This document shows positions 10,002 through 20,400 of a stretch of 64,000 nt of DNA, piece by piece (position 1 is the first letter of the stretch; the number at the start of each line of letters is the position of its first letter). The translations under genes were made by a program, and so were the position numbers. Source of the stretch: an uncultured Pirellulales bacterium (GTDB lineage Bacteria > Planctomycetota > Phycisphaerae > Sedimentisphaerales > SM23-30); the NCBI GenBank assembly GCA_964482555.1, contig CAYZXY010000011.1, positions 984 to 64,983 on the forward strand, read 5' to 3'. The notes beneath the pieces were generated by a model. It worked only from the letters and a program-made list of their open reading frames with translations, ran no database searches and had not been told where the DNA came from.

Positions 10002-11051
10002 GTGATAAAGAATACAAGTGACAACAGCAGCAGGAGAGAAGACGAGAGGCCCGCGGTGCAATCGCCAGGGAGCCGGTCGTGGCGACGGTTCAGGCGGAAC
10101 CGCTCGGCGATGATCTCGCTTTGGGTCTTGCTGGTGATTATGCTTTGCTGTGTTGCGAGTGTACCGATTACGTGGAATGAGTATGCGAATCAGAAGCTGG
10201 ATTATAACCGTCACGCCCCGCAGTTGACGGCGGATTACCGGCCGCATCTGGAAGAGGGCGACCGAACCGCACTGGAAGCCGTTTATGATAGTGTGGTTAA
10301 TGTGACGCATGGGGTGTTCGGATACGATATGTTGGGGCGGAGCATGCTGTGGCGGTGTCTGTTTGGGGGGCTGGTAAGCCTGGGGATCGGACTGGCGGCG
10401 GCTTTGATTGCGGTGTTTATCGGGACGGGCTGGGGATTGGTTGCCGGCTGGTATGGGGGTCGTGTGGATAATGCCATGATGCGGGTGGTCGATGTGCTGT
10501 ACGGACTGCCTTATGTCCTGCTGGTGATTTTGCTGAAGGTGGCGTTTGAAGATAAAATGATCCATCTGTTTACCCGGCTTTTCGGGCCCGGTCATGAGCG
10601 GATAGCCAATATCGTGATACTGTTTGTGGCGATCGGGAGTGTGAGCTGGCTGACAATGGCGCGGGTGATTCGCGGGCAGGTGCTCTCGCTGAAGGCGCTG
10701 CCCTACGCGGAGGCGGCCCGGGCGATGGGGCTGCCGACCGGGCGTATCCTGGTCAGGCACATTCTACCGAATCTGGTCGGGCCGATTATTGTATATGCGA
10801 CGCTGACCGTGCCGCAGGCGATTTTGCAGGAGTCGTTTCTGAGCTTTCTGGGAATCGGGATTCAGGCGCCGGTGCCGACGTGGGGTTCGCTGGCGGCGGA
10901 AGGGGTCAAGGCGGTCAATACAGTGGTGAGCTTCTGGTGGATGGTGTTTTTTCCGAGTTTTTTCCTGGGGGTGACGCTGCTGTGCCTGAATTTTATCGGT
11001 GATGGATTGCGGGATGCGTTTGATCCGCGAGAGGTGGGACGTGGGACGTAA
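10002..11051 (+). CDS. oppC: Peptide ABC transporter permease, OppC/DppC family (copy 1)
   Basis: 'GYDMLGR', 'EAARAMG', 'HILPN', 'ESFLSFLGIG', 'GDGLRDAFDPR'. Confidence 0.9.
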   Translation: MIKNTSDNSSRREDERPAVQSPGSRSWRRFRRNRSAMISLWVLLVIMLCCVASVPITWNEYANQKLDYNRHAPQLTADYRPHLEEGDRTALEAVYDSVVNVTHGVFGYDMLGRSMLWRCLFGGLVSLGIGLAAALIAVFIGTGWGLVAGWYGGRVDNAMMRVVDVLYGLPYVLLVILLKVAFEDKMIHLFTRLFGPGHERIANIVILFVAIGSVSWLTMARVIRGQVLSLKALPYAEAARAMGLPTGRILVRHILPNLVGPIIVYATLTVPQAILQESFLSFLGIGIQAPVPTWGSLAAEGVKAVNTVVSFWWMVFFPSFFLGVTLLCLNFIGDGLRDAFDPREVGRGT

Positions 11052-11085
11052 GACGTGGAAACTTAAACAAAGAAAGAAGAAAGAT

Positions 11086-12828
11086 ATGAAAAAGCAAATC
11101 CTATTGATTCTGGTTATCGGTTTGGTGGTTGTGGGCGGCTGCCGGAAGCCGGGCAGTGAGACCAAGGGGACGCAAACCCGGAGTTACGATCCGGCAATGG
11201 ATCCGCTGGTGAATCCGCCGTCGCTGTTTGAACCGGCGCCGCAGGATCGTTCGCAGATCGCGACGGACGAGACGCTGTTGCTGCAACTGGACGGCAGTCC
11301 CAGTAACTTGAATCCGATATTTGCATCAAGTGCGTATGAACAGATTATGACCGGTGCCTTATTCGCGGGGCCGTTTACGTTTGATAAAGACCTGAACTGG
11401 ATGATGGATGAAGAATTTGTCGCATCGTTCGAGGAGTCGGAAGATCATACGACGTTCATCTTGAAAATCAATGAAGGTTTCCGCTGGCATGATGGCGAGC
11501 CGTTGACGGCCCATGATATTGTTTTCAGCTGGGAGCAGATCATCGATCCCTGCGTACCCTGTCCAGCGGTCAAGACCGGGACGATAGAAATCACTTCCTG
11601 TGAAGCACTGGATGATTACACGGTGCGGTATGTGCAGGATGAGCCGCTGGGGACGCGCTTATGGAATCTCAACTTTCCGATCATCCCCAGGCATATTTAT
11701 GAAAAAGAGAAGCAGCAGCATCCTGATTTGCTGGAAGGGGAATATTACAATCAGCAGAACCGTAATCCGGTCGGCAGCGGGCCTTACCGGATCGTGGCCT
11801 GGAAAGAAAACGACCGCATCGAGGTGGAACGATGGGACGATTATCAGGGGAGTAAGCCGCATTTTAAGCGCATCGTGTTCAAGATTGTGCCAGATAATAA
11901 TGTGGCGTTGCTGAATTTTGAAAAAGGCGATATCGATGTGCTGGAGCGGCTGACTCCGCAGCAGTTTGCTTTCGAGACCAGTGAATCGGAGGCCTTTAAA
12001 GCGATCGGGTACAAAGGGCTGGGGAGGCAGTGGTCATATGGCTATATCGGATGGAACATGGACGGTTCGAATCCGTTTTTCAAGGATAAACGGGTCCGCT
12101 ACGCGATGACGCATGCTTTTGATATGCCGCGGGTTTTGAAAGAAGTTTACTTCAATTTACATACGCAATGTCAAGGCATATTTCATCCGGATTCCTGGAT
12201 GTTCAATCCGGAGGTTGAACTGCTGCAATATGATCTGGATAAGGCCCGGCGTTATCTGGATGAGGCCGGCTGGCAGGTCGATCAGCAGAATGGCTGGCGT
12301 TATAAGGACGTGGATGGGAAGAGAGTGAAGTTTGAGTTTACACTGCTGGTGCCGCAGGGTTCGCCCACCTCGCCAAAGATTGCGGCGATTTTTCAGGAGG
12401 ATCTCAAGCGGCTGGGTATTATAATGAAGACCCGTATCATTGAATGGGCCAGTTTCATGAAACAGGTTCGTAACCATGAATTTGAGGCCCAGATTGCCGG
12501 CTGGGGGACCGGGGCCGACCCGGATACCAACTGGAATCTGTGGCATTCGAGCGAATATGAGGACGGGCGTAATTATGGCGGCTATAAAAATGAACGGGTT
12601 GATGAGCTTTTCGAGATTGGACGCCAGGTGTTTGAACGCGAAAAACGGCAGGAAGCTTATCAGGAGATACACAAGATCATTTATGAAGATCAGCCTTATT
12701 TATGGATTGCCAATGCGCCAATTCTGGCGGCGGTGAATCAGCGTGTTCATGGCATCGCGTTCAGTCCGCGCGGCATTTTCAGTTTTACACCGGGGATGTA
12801 TGCCTGGTGGATAGCGGCAGAGAATTAA
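11086..12828 (+). CDS. Peptide ABC transporter substrate-binding lipoprotein (family 5, OppA/AppA)
   Basis: Lipobox 'VVGGC', 'RWHDGEPLTAHDI', 'PVGSGPYR', 'KRVRYAM', 'YDLDKARRYLDEAGW'. Confidence 0.92.
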   Translation: MKKQILLILVIGLVVVGGCRKPGSETKGTQTRSYDPAMDPLVNPPSLFEPAPQDRSQIATDETLLLQLDGSPSNLNPIFASSAYEQIMTGALFAGPFTFDKDLNWMMDEEFVASFEESEDHTTFILKINEGFRWHDGEPLTAHDIVFSWEQIIDPCVPCPAVKTGTIEITSCEALDDYTVRYVQDEPLGTRLWNLNFPIIPRHIYEKEKQQHPDLLEGEYYNQQNRNPVGSGPYRIVAWKENDRIEVERWDDYQGSKPHFKRIVFKIVPDNNVALLNFEKGDIDVLERLTPQQFAFETSESEAFKAIGYKGLGRQWSYGYIGWNMDGSNPFFKDKRVRYAMTHAFDMPRVLKEVYFNLHTQCQGIFHPDSWMFNPEVELLQYDLDKARRYLDEAGWQVDQQNGWRYKDVDGKRVKFEFTLLVPQGSPTSPKIAAIFQEDLKRLGIIMKTRIIEWASFMKQVRNHEFEAQIAGWGTGADPDTNWNLWHSSEYEDGRNYGGYKNERVDELFEIGRQVFEREKRQEAYQEIHKIIYEDQPYLWIANAPILAAVNQRVHGIAFSPRGIFSFTPGMYAWWIAAEN

Positions 12829-12953
12829 ATTCAAAATGAAAGAAGGAGATATTCGCTGCCGGCGATTTTCCTGTTTTTTATTTATCATTTTGACGTTTAA
12901 TTTAACACATGGTGGGGCGAGGCCTGCCCTGCGAAAAATAGAGTCCAGGAAAA

Positions 12954-13934
12954 ATGTTTAATTATATCATTAAACGATTGCTTTTAGCGATACCGACGCT
13001 GCTGGGGATTACGCTGGTGACGTTCACAATCATCAACCTGGCGCCGGGCGATCCGGCGGAATTTCAGTCGCAAAGGATTATGGATTCAAGTATGTCTGAA
13101 CAGGCCTATCAGCAGTACCGTGAATATTACGGATTGGACAGGCCCCTGCAAGAGCAGTACGTCAAGTGGCTGGGACGATTAGTTAAATTTGATTTTGGCG
13201 AATCGATGTCGCCGGACCGACGACCGGTAATGGATAAGGTGCGCGAGAGGTTATGGCCGACGATGTCACTGGCGATTCTGGCGGTAGGGATCAGTCTGGC
13301 GCTGTCGATTCCGATCGGGATATATTCGGCGGCGCATCAAAACGGGCTTTTCGATACGATATCCGGGACGATTCTGTATGCGCTGTATTCGGTGCCGAGT
13401 TATGTGATGGCGGTGCCGCTGATTCTGTTGATCGGGGTGCAGTGGGATTGGCTGCCGTTCCAGGGGATGGTCTCGGATAATTACGATCAGCTCGGTCCGT
13501 ACGGGAAATTCGTCGATCTGGTGCGTCATTATACCCTGATAACGTTTTGTTTCAGTTTTGGCGCCTGGGCTTACTATTCGCGTTTTGTCCGGCAGAATAT
13601 GCTGGAGGTGCTGCGGCAGGATTTTATTCGCACTGCGCGGGCGAAGGGGCTGCCGGAACACGCGGTGATTATGCGGCATGGATTTCGTAATACGCTGATT
13701 CCGGTGATTACGCTGCTGGGGATGCTGCTGCCGACGATTGTGGGCGGTTCAGTGATTCTGGAGGTGATGTTCAATTGGCCGGGGCTGGGGCGGTTATTCT
13801 TCGACAGCATGCTGCAGCGAGATTATCCGACGATTATGTCGATGACGTTTATTACGGCGTGTCTGGTGCTGCTGGGGATTCTGCTATCGGATATCGGGTA
13901 TGCGATTGTCGATCCGAGGATAAAATACCGTTGA
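12954..13934 (+). CDS. Peptide ABC transporter permease, OppB/AppB family (copy 2)
   Basis: 'NLAPGDP', 'GLDRPL..QY', 'FIRTARAKGL', 'FNWPGLG', 'DPRI'. Confidence 0.92.
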   Translation: MFNYIIKRLLLAIPTLLGITLVTFTIINLAPGDPAEFQSQRIMDSSMSEQAYQQYREYYGLDRPLQEQYVKWLGRLVKFDFGESMSPDRRPVMDKVRERLWPTMSLAILAVGISLALSIPIGIYSAAHQNGLFDTISGTILYALYSVPSYVMAVPLILLIGVQWDWLPFQGMVSDNYDQLGPYGKFVDLVRHYTLITFCFSFGAWAYYSRFVRQNMLEVLRQDFIRTARAKGLPEHAVIMRHGFRNTLIPVITLLGMLLPTIVGGSVILEVMFNWPGLGRLFFDSMLQRDYPTIMSMTFITACLVLLGILLSDIGYAIVDPRIKYR

Positions 13935-13996
13935 TCCGCAGGTCAGTAAAAGAGTATATGAGTTGAAGAGTAATCAGTGGAGCGTTATAAGAGTCA

Positions 13997-15052
13997 ATGA
14001 ATAGAGAGGAAAAAACCGGGAAGCATAAGTCTGAGGCGTACTGGGTGAATGTGTGGCGGCGAATTGTGCACAATCGACGGGGGATGCTGGGCTTGTGTTT
14101 TGTGCTGGGGATGGGGCTGGTTTCGCTGTTCAGTCCGCTGTTGGCGTCGGATCAGCCGATCGTCTGCCAGTATCAGGGGAAGTGGTATTTTCCGGCGGTG
14201 ATTGAGATTGTGCAGTCGCGCGGGCCGGGGCCGCATTGGATAGCGAAGCCGCGGCCGTTTAATCTGCCGCAATTTGACGCGAAAAAAGAGTTGGATCCAG
14301 ATGATTTTGCGATCTGGCCTTTGATACCGTACAGTGAATTTGAGCAGACAACGAATCTACTCTCGCCGCCGTCGGCGGAGCACTGGCTGGGGACGGATGA
14401 TCTGGGGCGTGATATTGCGGCGCGAATGGTGCATGGAACGACGGTGTCGATCAAGGTGGGAATTGTGTCGATGGGGATTGCGGCGTTGATCGGGATTGTG
14501 ATTGGCGGTGTGGCGGGATACTGGGGCGGCTGGGTCGATATGGTAGTCAGCCGGATAATTGAGATTGTGATTTGCTTTCCGGTGTTTTTCCTGATTCTGG
14601 CGATTATGGTCTGGCTGGAGCCGAATATTATTAATGTGATGGTGGTGATTGGTCTGACGCGCTGGACAGCGATTGCGCGATACACGCGGGGGGAGTTCAT
14701 GCGGATTAAAGAGCAGGATTATGTGCTGGCGGCCAGGGCGCTGGGTGTGAACCATACGCAGATCATGATCCGGCATATTTTGCCGAATTCGCTGGCGCCG
14801 GTGTTGGTGAGCATCACGTTTGGAATAGCCAACGCGGTGCTGATCGAGGCGGGGTTGAGTTGGCTGGGTTTCGGTGTGCAGCCGCCGAATCCTTCGTGGG
14901 GTAATATTTTGCGGACGGCTTATGATTCGCTGCGGGTCGCGCCGTATATGGTGTATCCGCCTTGTATAGCGATTTTTCTGGCGGTATTGTCGTATAATCT
15001 GGTTGGCGACGCCTTACGCGATGCGATTGATCCACGGCTAAGGAGTAATTGA
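13997..15052 (+). CDS. Peptide ABC transporter permease, OppC/AppC family (copy 2)
   Basis: '[11 protein letters not shown]', 'YVLAARALG', 'HILPN', '[11 protein letters not shown]'. Confidence 0.92.
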   Translation: MNREEKTGKHKSEAYWVNVWRRIVHNRRGMLGLCFVLGMGLVSLFSPLLASDQPIVCQYQGKWYFPAVIEIVQSRGPGPHWIAKPRPFNLPQFDAKKELDPDDFAIWPLIPYSEFEQTTNLLSPPSAEHWLGTDDLGRDIAARMVHGTTVSIKVGIVSMGIAALIGIVIGGVAGYWGGWVDMVVSRIIEIVICFPVFFLILAIMVWLEPNIINVMVVIGLTRWTAIARYTRGEFMRIKEQDYVLAARALGVNHTQIMIRHILPNSLAPVLVSITFGIANAVLIEAGLSWLGFGVQPPNPSWGNILRTAYDSLRVAPYMVYPPCIAIFLAVLSYNLVGDALRDAIDPRLRSN

Positions 15053-16065
15053 TGAGCCCAAACAATGTGTTGTTATCCGTACGGGATTTGAGTGTGTCGT
15101 TTCGAACCGAGGGCGGCGTGGTGCGCGCAGTGAATGGTTCGAGTTTCGATATCGAGAAAGGCAAGACGCTGGCGCTGGTGGGCGAGAGCGGTTGCGGCAA
15201 GAGCGTGACGGCGATGAGCGTGCTGCGGCTGATTCCGCAGCCGCCGGGTCAGATCGAGGAAGGACAGATTCTGTTTCGGGGGATGGAGCTGCTGGCGTTG
15301 AACGAGCGGCGGATGCGGGAGATTCGGGGGAATGAGATCGCGATGATTTTTCAGGAACCAATGACAAGCCTGAATCCGGTATATACGGTGGGGGACCAGA
15401 TTGTCGAGGCGATTGAGCTGCACCAGAACAAGAAGGGCTCGGCGGCACGGGCGCATGCGGTGGATATGCTGCGGTTGGTAGGGATCGCGGAGCCGGACCA
15501 GCGTGCGTGCGATTATCCGCACCAGATGTCAGGCGGTATGCGGCAGCGGGTGATGATCGCAATGGCCTTGAGCTGCGATCCGGCATTGTTGATTGCGGAT
15601 GAACCGACGACAGCTCTGGATGTGACGATCCAGGCGCAGATTCTGGATTTGATCAAGGACCTGCAGAAGCGGAACGAGATGAGCGTGCTGCTGATTACGC
15701 ACGATCTGGCGGTGGTGGCCGAGCATGCCGACGATGTGGTGGTGATGTACGCGTCGAAGATTATGGAGAAGGCGGAGGTGCGGACGATTTTTGAACGGCC
15801 GCTGCATCCCTATACGCAGGGGCTGCTGCGGTCGCTGCCGCGGCTGGAGTGCCGGACGGAGCGACTGGAGGTGATTCCGGGGACCGTGCCGAACCCGGCG
15901 AATTTCCCGTCGGGGTGCAAGTTTCATCCGCGGTGCCCGTATTGTCGGGCGGGGGATGAGAAGTGCCGGACAGTGGAGCCGGAACTGGAGGAGATCGAGC
16001 CGGGGCACTGGGTGGCGTGCTGGAAGGCACGGGAGATCCAGGAAAAATTACCACCAAGGCACTAA
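15052..16065 (+). CDS. oppD: Peptide ABC transporter ATPase, OppD/DppD
   Basis: Walker A 'GESGCGKS', 'MSGGMRQR', '[10 protein letters not shown]', C-terminal 'GCKFHPRC'. Confidence 0.93.
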   Translation: MSPNNVLLSVRDLSVSFRTEGGVVRAVNGSSFDIEKGKTLALVGESGCGKSVTAMSVLRLIPQPPGQIEEGQILFRGMELLALNERRMREIRGNEIAMIFQEPMTSLNPVYTVGDQIVEAIELHQNKKGSAARAHAVDMLRLVGIAEPDQRACDYPHQMSGGMRQRVMIAMALSCDPALLIADEPTTALDVTIQAQILDLIKDLQKRNEMSVLLITHDLAVVAEHADDVVVMYASKIMEKAEVRTIFERPLHPYTQGLLRSLPRLECRTERLEVIPGTVPNPANFPSGCKFHPRCPYCRAGDEKCRTVEPELEEIEPGHWVACWKAREIQEKLPPRH

Positions 16066-16073
16066 GGAGATAT

Positions 16074-16274
16074 ATGAATCCCGCACCGATTTCTACAGAA
16101 GTCGATTTACTTGCATCTCCAATTATCGATGCAGTTTATCATGTACGTAGAAATTTGGGGCCTGAGTTATGGAAAAGAGTTTATGAAGTAGGTTTCTGTT
16201 ATGAATTAGAGAAAAGGAATTTGAATTACCTCAAATTAAGAACGGCATCAAGCGCCTGGGTGGTTAATCAATGA
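16074..16274 (+). pseudogene. Internally deleted GxxExxY-family gene remnant
   Basis: The N-terminus 'IIDAVYHVRRNLGPELWKRVYEVGFCYEL' resembles a decayed GPGLLESVY motif. The family-like C-terminus 'IKNGIKRL' (attaagaacggcatcaagcgcctg, ~16235-16258) is in a different frame. AT-rich relative to its neighbours. Confidence 0.7.
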
Positions 16275-17248
16275 CTATGGATAATCTTTTACGAATAGAG
16301 AATGTCAAGACGTATTTCCCCATCCGCAAGGGGTTGTTTTCCCGGGTGGTGGCGAATGTCAAGGCGGTGGACGGTGTGAGTTTCGATATTCCGCGCGGGC
16401 GGACGCTGGGGCTGGTGGGCGAGTCGGGCTCGGGCAAGACGACGCTGGGCCGGACGATTCTGCGGCTGATTCCGCCTACCGCCGGCAGCGTGTTGTTCGA
16501 GGACCGGGACATCTTCAAGCAGGGGGCCCGGCAACTGCGGCGGCTGCGGCGGGATATGCAGATCATTTTTCAGGATCCGTTCGGTTCGCTGAACCCGCGT
16601 ATGACGGTTGGTAACATCGTCGGGGAGGCCCTGACGGTACACGGCATCGCGCGGGGCGGTAAACGTCGGGAGATGGTGGCGGAGCTGCTGGAGCGATGCG
16701 GGTTGTCGCCGGAGTATATTCATCGCTATCCGCATGAATTTTCCGGCGGGCAGCGGCAGCGGGTCGGTATCGCCCGAGCGTTGGCGTTGAATCCCAAATT
16801 TATCGTCTGCGATGAGCCGGTCAGTGCGCTGGACGTCTCGATTCAATCGCAGATTATCAACCTCTTGCAGGATTTGCAGCAGGAGTTCGGGTTGACCTAT
16901 CTGTTCATCGCGCACAATCTGGCAGTGGTCAAACATATCAGCGATGAGGTGGCGGTTATGTATCTGGGCAAGGTAGTCGAAAAAGCCCCGGCAGAGAGAA
17001 TCTACATCGAGCCGAAACATCCTTATACCATGGCGTTGCTGTCGGCGATCCCCGAACCCGATCCTCACCGTCGTCGCGAGCGTATCCCGCTCAAGGGCGA
17101 AATGCCCAGCCCGATCAATCCGCCGTCAGGCTGCCCGTACCATCCGCGGTGCCACATGCGCATCGAACGGTGCAGTACGGAGGTCCCTCCACTGGAAGTC
17201 AAGGGCGGCGACCCGAATCATGTAGCGGCTTGCTGGGTAACGGATTAG
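16271..17248 (+). CDS. oppF: Peptide ABC transporter ATPase, OppF/DppF
   Basis: 'GESGSGKT', '[13 protein letters not shown]', 'CDEPVSALD', 'PKHPYT', 'GCPYHPRC'. Confidence 0.93.
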   Translation: MTMDNLLRIENVKTYFPIRKGLFSRVVANVKAVDGVSFDIPRGRTLGLVGESGSGKTTLGRTILRLIPPTAGSVLFEDRDIFKQGARQLRRLRRDMQIIFQDPFGSLNPRMTVGNIVGEALTVHGIARGGKRREMVAELLERCGLSPEYIHRYPHEFSGGQRQRVGIARALALNPKFIVCDEPVSALDVSIQSQIINLLQDLQQEFGLTYLFIAHNLAVVKHISDEVAVMYLGKVVEKAPAERIYIEPKHPYTMALLSAIPEPDPHRRRERIPLKGEMPSPINPPSGCPYHPRCHMRIERCSTEVPPLEVKGGDPNHVAACWVTD

Positions 17249-17339
17249 AATAAATATGCAAAAGAGTGAAAGAGATGAGGAGAGATTGAATCCCAGCGGG
17301 ATGTCCTTAGTACAGGGTTACGAACATGCCTGGCGCAAT

Positions 17340-17393
17340 GCAGGCAAGATGCCTGTGGTACCGTTTTAATTACAGGCAGGATGCCTGCGGTAC
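17340..17393. repeat. Two tandem REP-like palindromes
   Basis: GCAGGCAAGATGCCTGTGGTAC (17340-17361) and ACAGGCAGGATGCCTGCGGTAC (17372-17393), between convergent genes. Confidence 0.7.
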
Positions 17394-17457
17394 ATGCATG
17401 CCTGGGCTCATTATCGCTGCGTTCAGGATTCTTGCAGGCATGGCACCCTTAATTTTT

Positions 17458-20400
17458 TTAAAAGTTATCAAGGGGCGGGAAGGCGTAGGGGCGGAATTTT
17501 TCCAGCAGGCCCTGTTCTTCGCTGAAGAAGAGGGCACGGTGGAAGCCGAGGCGGTTGGCCATGGGCGAATCGATCAACGTGCTGGAATCGGTAGCGCTCA
17601 TCTGGAAAAGGACGCGGTTGTCGAATTCACGCAGAGTGGAGCGTTCGAAGGTGCGTTCGAGTGAGGCGAGGGTGTCAGACCAGAGCAGGGTATGGATGCC
17701 GACGGCAGGGCCGTCGCGGAGGATTTCCGCGAAGAGCTTGTCGGTTTTCGGGGTGTTTTCTTCACTAAGGGATGCGAGGCCGAAATCGTCTTCGCTGCGG
17801 CGGAGCATGCGGTAGCGCTGGATACCGAAGATAAGCAGATAGGTGGTGGGGGCGTCATTGCCGGTGTGGGCATTCGTGCGTTGCTGCATATCCTGATGGA
17901 TTGCGCTAATCGTTTCTTCAGCATCCCGCCAGTCCACCATGGTGCAGTTGTTCGGGAGGGTCAGGGCCAGTTCGAGCAGTTTGCCGGCGGTGGGGGCGTC
18001 GGGGGCGCTGCCGTCAAGAATGAGGAAGCGGGTGGATTGCGGCGGATGGTGGGCGGCCAGGCTGACCAGAGCGGCGGCGAGAATGCCCAGGGCCGCTTCG
18101 TCGCGTTGTCCGATAATCATCAGATTGGCGCCGCTGAGGCTCTGGAATTTGACGCCGGTGGGTTCTTTGATGGCGACGGGTTCGCCGAGCCAGGCGGTGG
18201 CGGACTGGGGCGGTTTTTGCGGCGGATTGGCCCGAAGTTTCTGGAGCTGATGGTTTTGCGTAATGTCGGCGGGGATGTTGCCTTCAAAAACGATGGGGGG
18301 AGTGATTTCGAGGTTTTGTTGTCGGAGCAGTTCGTTGGCGCGGGCCAGGCAGCCGTCACGCTGAGCTTCGGAAAGCCAGGATATCTGGAAGGGGCTGTTG
18401 CCGACCACCATACCGCCGGCGTCGTTGTAGATGGCTTCGCCGGGCCGGTTGAGCAGGCGGGCGGCGGTGTTGTCGTCGTCGAGGATAATCTGCGAGTCGA
18501 TTTCGGAGCATTGGAGGGCGATGCGGATGGCCATCTGGCCGATGGTGCTGCGGGCGAGGTTGGAGGAACCGCCCAGGGTCTGCGAGCCGAGAATGACATG
18601 GATGCCGAAGGCCCGGCCCTGACGGACGAGTTGTTCCATATAGATGGCGGCGTCCTGCGAGAGTTTGTCGTCTTCGGTGAAGAATATCTGGAACTCATCG
18701 ACCAGCAGCAGGATACGCGGAAGTTTTTTGCCGGTGGTTTGGCGATAGGCGGCGATATCCTGTACGCCGGCCTGCCGGAAGAGGTTGCCGCGCTGGGTCA
18801 TGATGGCATCGAGACGCTGGAGGATGCTCAGGCCGAATTCGCGGTCGCTTTCGATGGCGATGGTACGGGCGTGGGGCAGGCGGTGCGTAACGTAGGTTTT
18901 GAACTCGACGCCTTTTTTGAAGTCGATGAGGTAGAGTTCGACCTCTTCGGGCGAGTACCACAGGGCCAGGTTGGTGATGATGACATGCAGCAGGGTGGAT
19001 TTGCCGGAGCCGGTTTTGCCCGCGAGCAGGCCGTGCTGGGCGACACCGTGGCCCATGACCAGCCGCTGCAGGCGATTGGCGCCGGTACGCCCGATGGGGA
19101 TGTTGATGTCTTTGGCGCTGCTGAGGGACCAGATTTCGTCGTCGTTGGGGGCGATGGTGGCGAAGGGGACTTCGACACGGGTGGTGTCTTTGGCGGCGTT
19201 GCCAACTTTGTGCATGATGGCGGTGAGGCGTTCTTCATCCGGGGGTGCGTCTTGAAGCAGTTCGAAACGGCGATAGACCTCATCCTGCCAGACGAAGCGG
19301 TTTTCCTCGTATTTCAAGTGGACGCTGCGGGCGGCGAGATCGTCGAGGTCGAGTTCGGGTGGCATATCTTGTCGGGCGTCGTAGGCGATGAGGGTATAGA
19401 CGCCGCAGCGGGGGCCGCTGTTGATAATGCTGCTGAGCTGGCGGACGGCATCCTCGTTGAAATGATGCGGGAAATCGGCGATGACCAGATAGCGATAGGG
19501 CTCGGCCAGTTCGCCGGCCCGACGGTTGTATTCCTCGATGGTCGAGAATTCGTTGCGGAGATATTTCTGGATGACGTTTTCCATGTGGTGGGTCAGGTCA
19601 GTGAGCTGCTGCTGAATCTGTGCGGCGTCGGTCCAGATACGCCCGCCGACCAGGGCTTCGACATAATCAGCGGCGTGCATGAAACCGGCGAAGTTTTCGC
19701 CCAGGCTGACCGGATCGAGTATGGTAAACTGCACGCGGCCGGGCGGAATAGTTGTGAAGAGCCGCAGGATGACGGCACGCAGCAGATAGATAGCTTGCTC
19801 GCGACCCTGGCGTCTGGTCTCCAGCAGCAGCGAACCGCGGTCCGTAAAGGATAAGATCGCGGGGACGGTCAGGGGTGTGTTTTGCGGGAAATCGGCCAGC
19901 TGCCGGGCTTCGTCGTCAAGGGCGCTCCAGTCGAGTTCAATACGGCCAAAGCGGTACTGCGGGTGGTTTTCGTAAGGCGGTTCCCAATGTTTCCAGGCGG
20001 GATCCTGCCAGTTGCAGAAGACATCGGGGGGCTGGGCGGCGTTGGCGTCCTGAAACTGTTTGAGTATATTGAGGCTTTGCTGCCAGCGTTCATGGAGGCG
20101 GGCGCGGGCGGATTCGTAACGGTCCTGCAGGTCGCGGGTTTTCCGGCTGGTTTTCTGGATGAGTTCCTGGTGTGCCTGTTCGCACTTGGTTTCAATGCGG
20201 TTGAGGGTTTCCTCGTGACCGGTTTGGGCATTCTGTAATTCTGTGTCGTATTCGCTTTTAATGCGATTGCAGGTCTGCTGAAATTGATCGTTGATCTTCT
20301 GTAACTCATCGTCCCGTTGACTAACGAGGTAGTGGTTGAGTTTTTCGAAGTGGGCGCGGGCCTTATTGATATCGGCGGCTTTGGTTTCGGTGACTTTTTC

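Noticed and set aside
17692-19854. 720-aa ORF on the + strand
   Set aside because: Antisense shadow of the FtsK-like gene, with no motifs and a composition explained by codon bias on the opposite strand.
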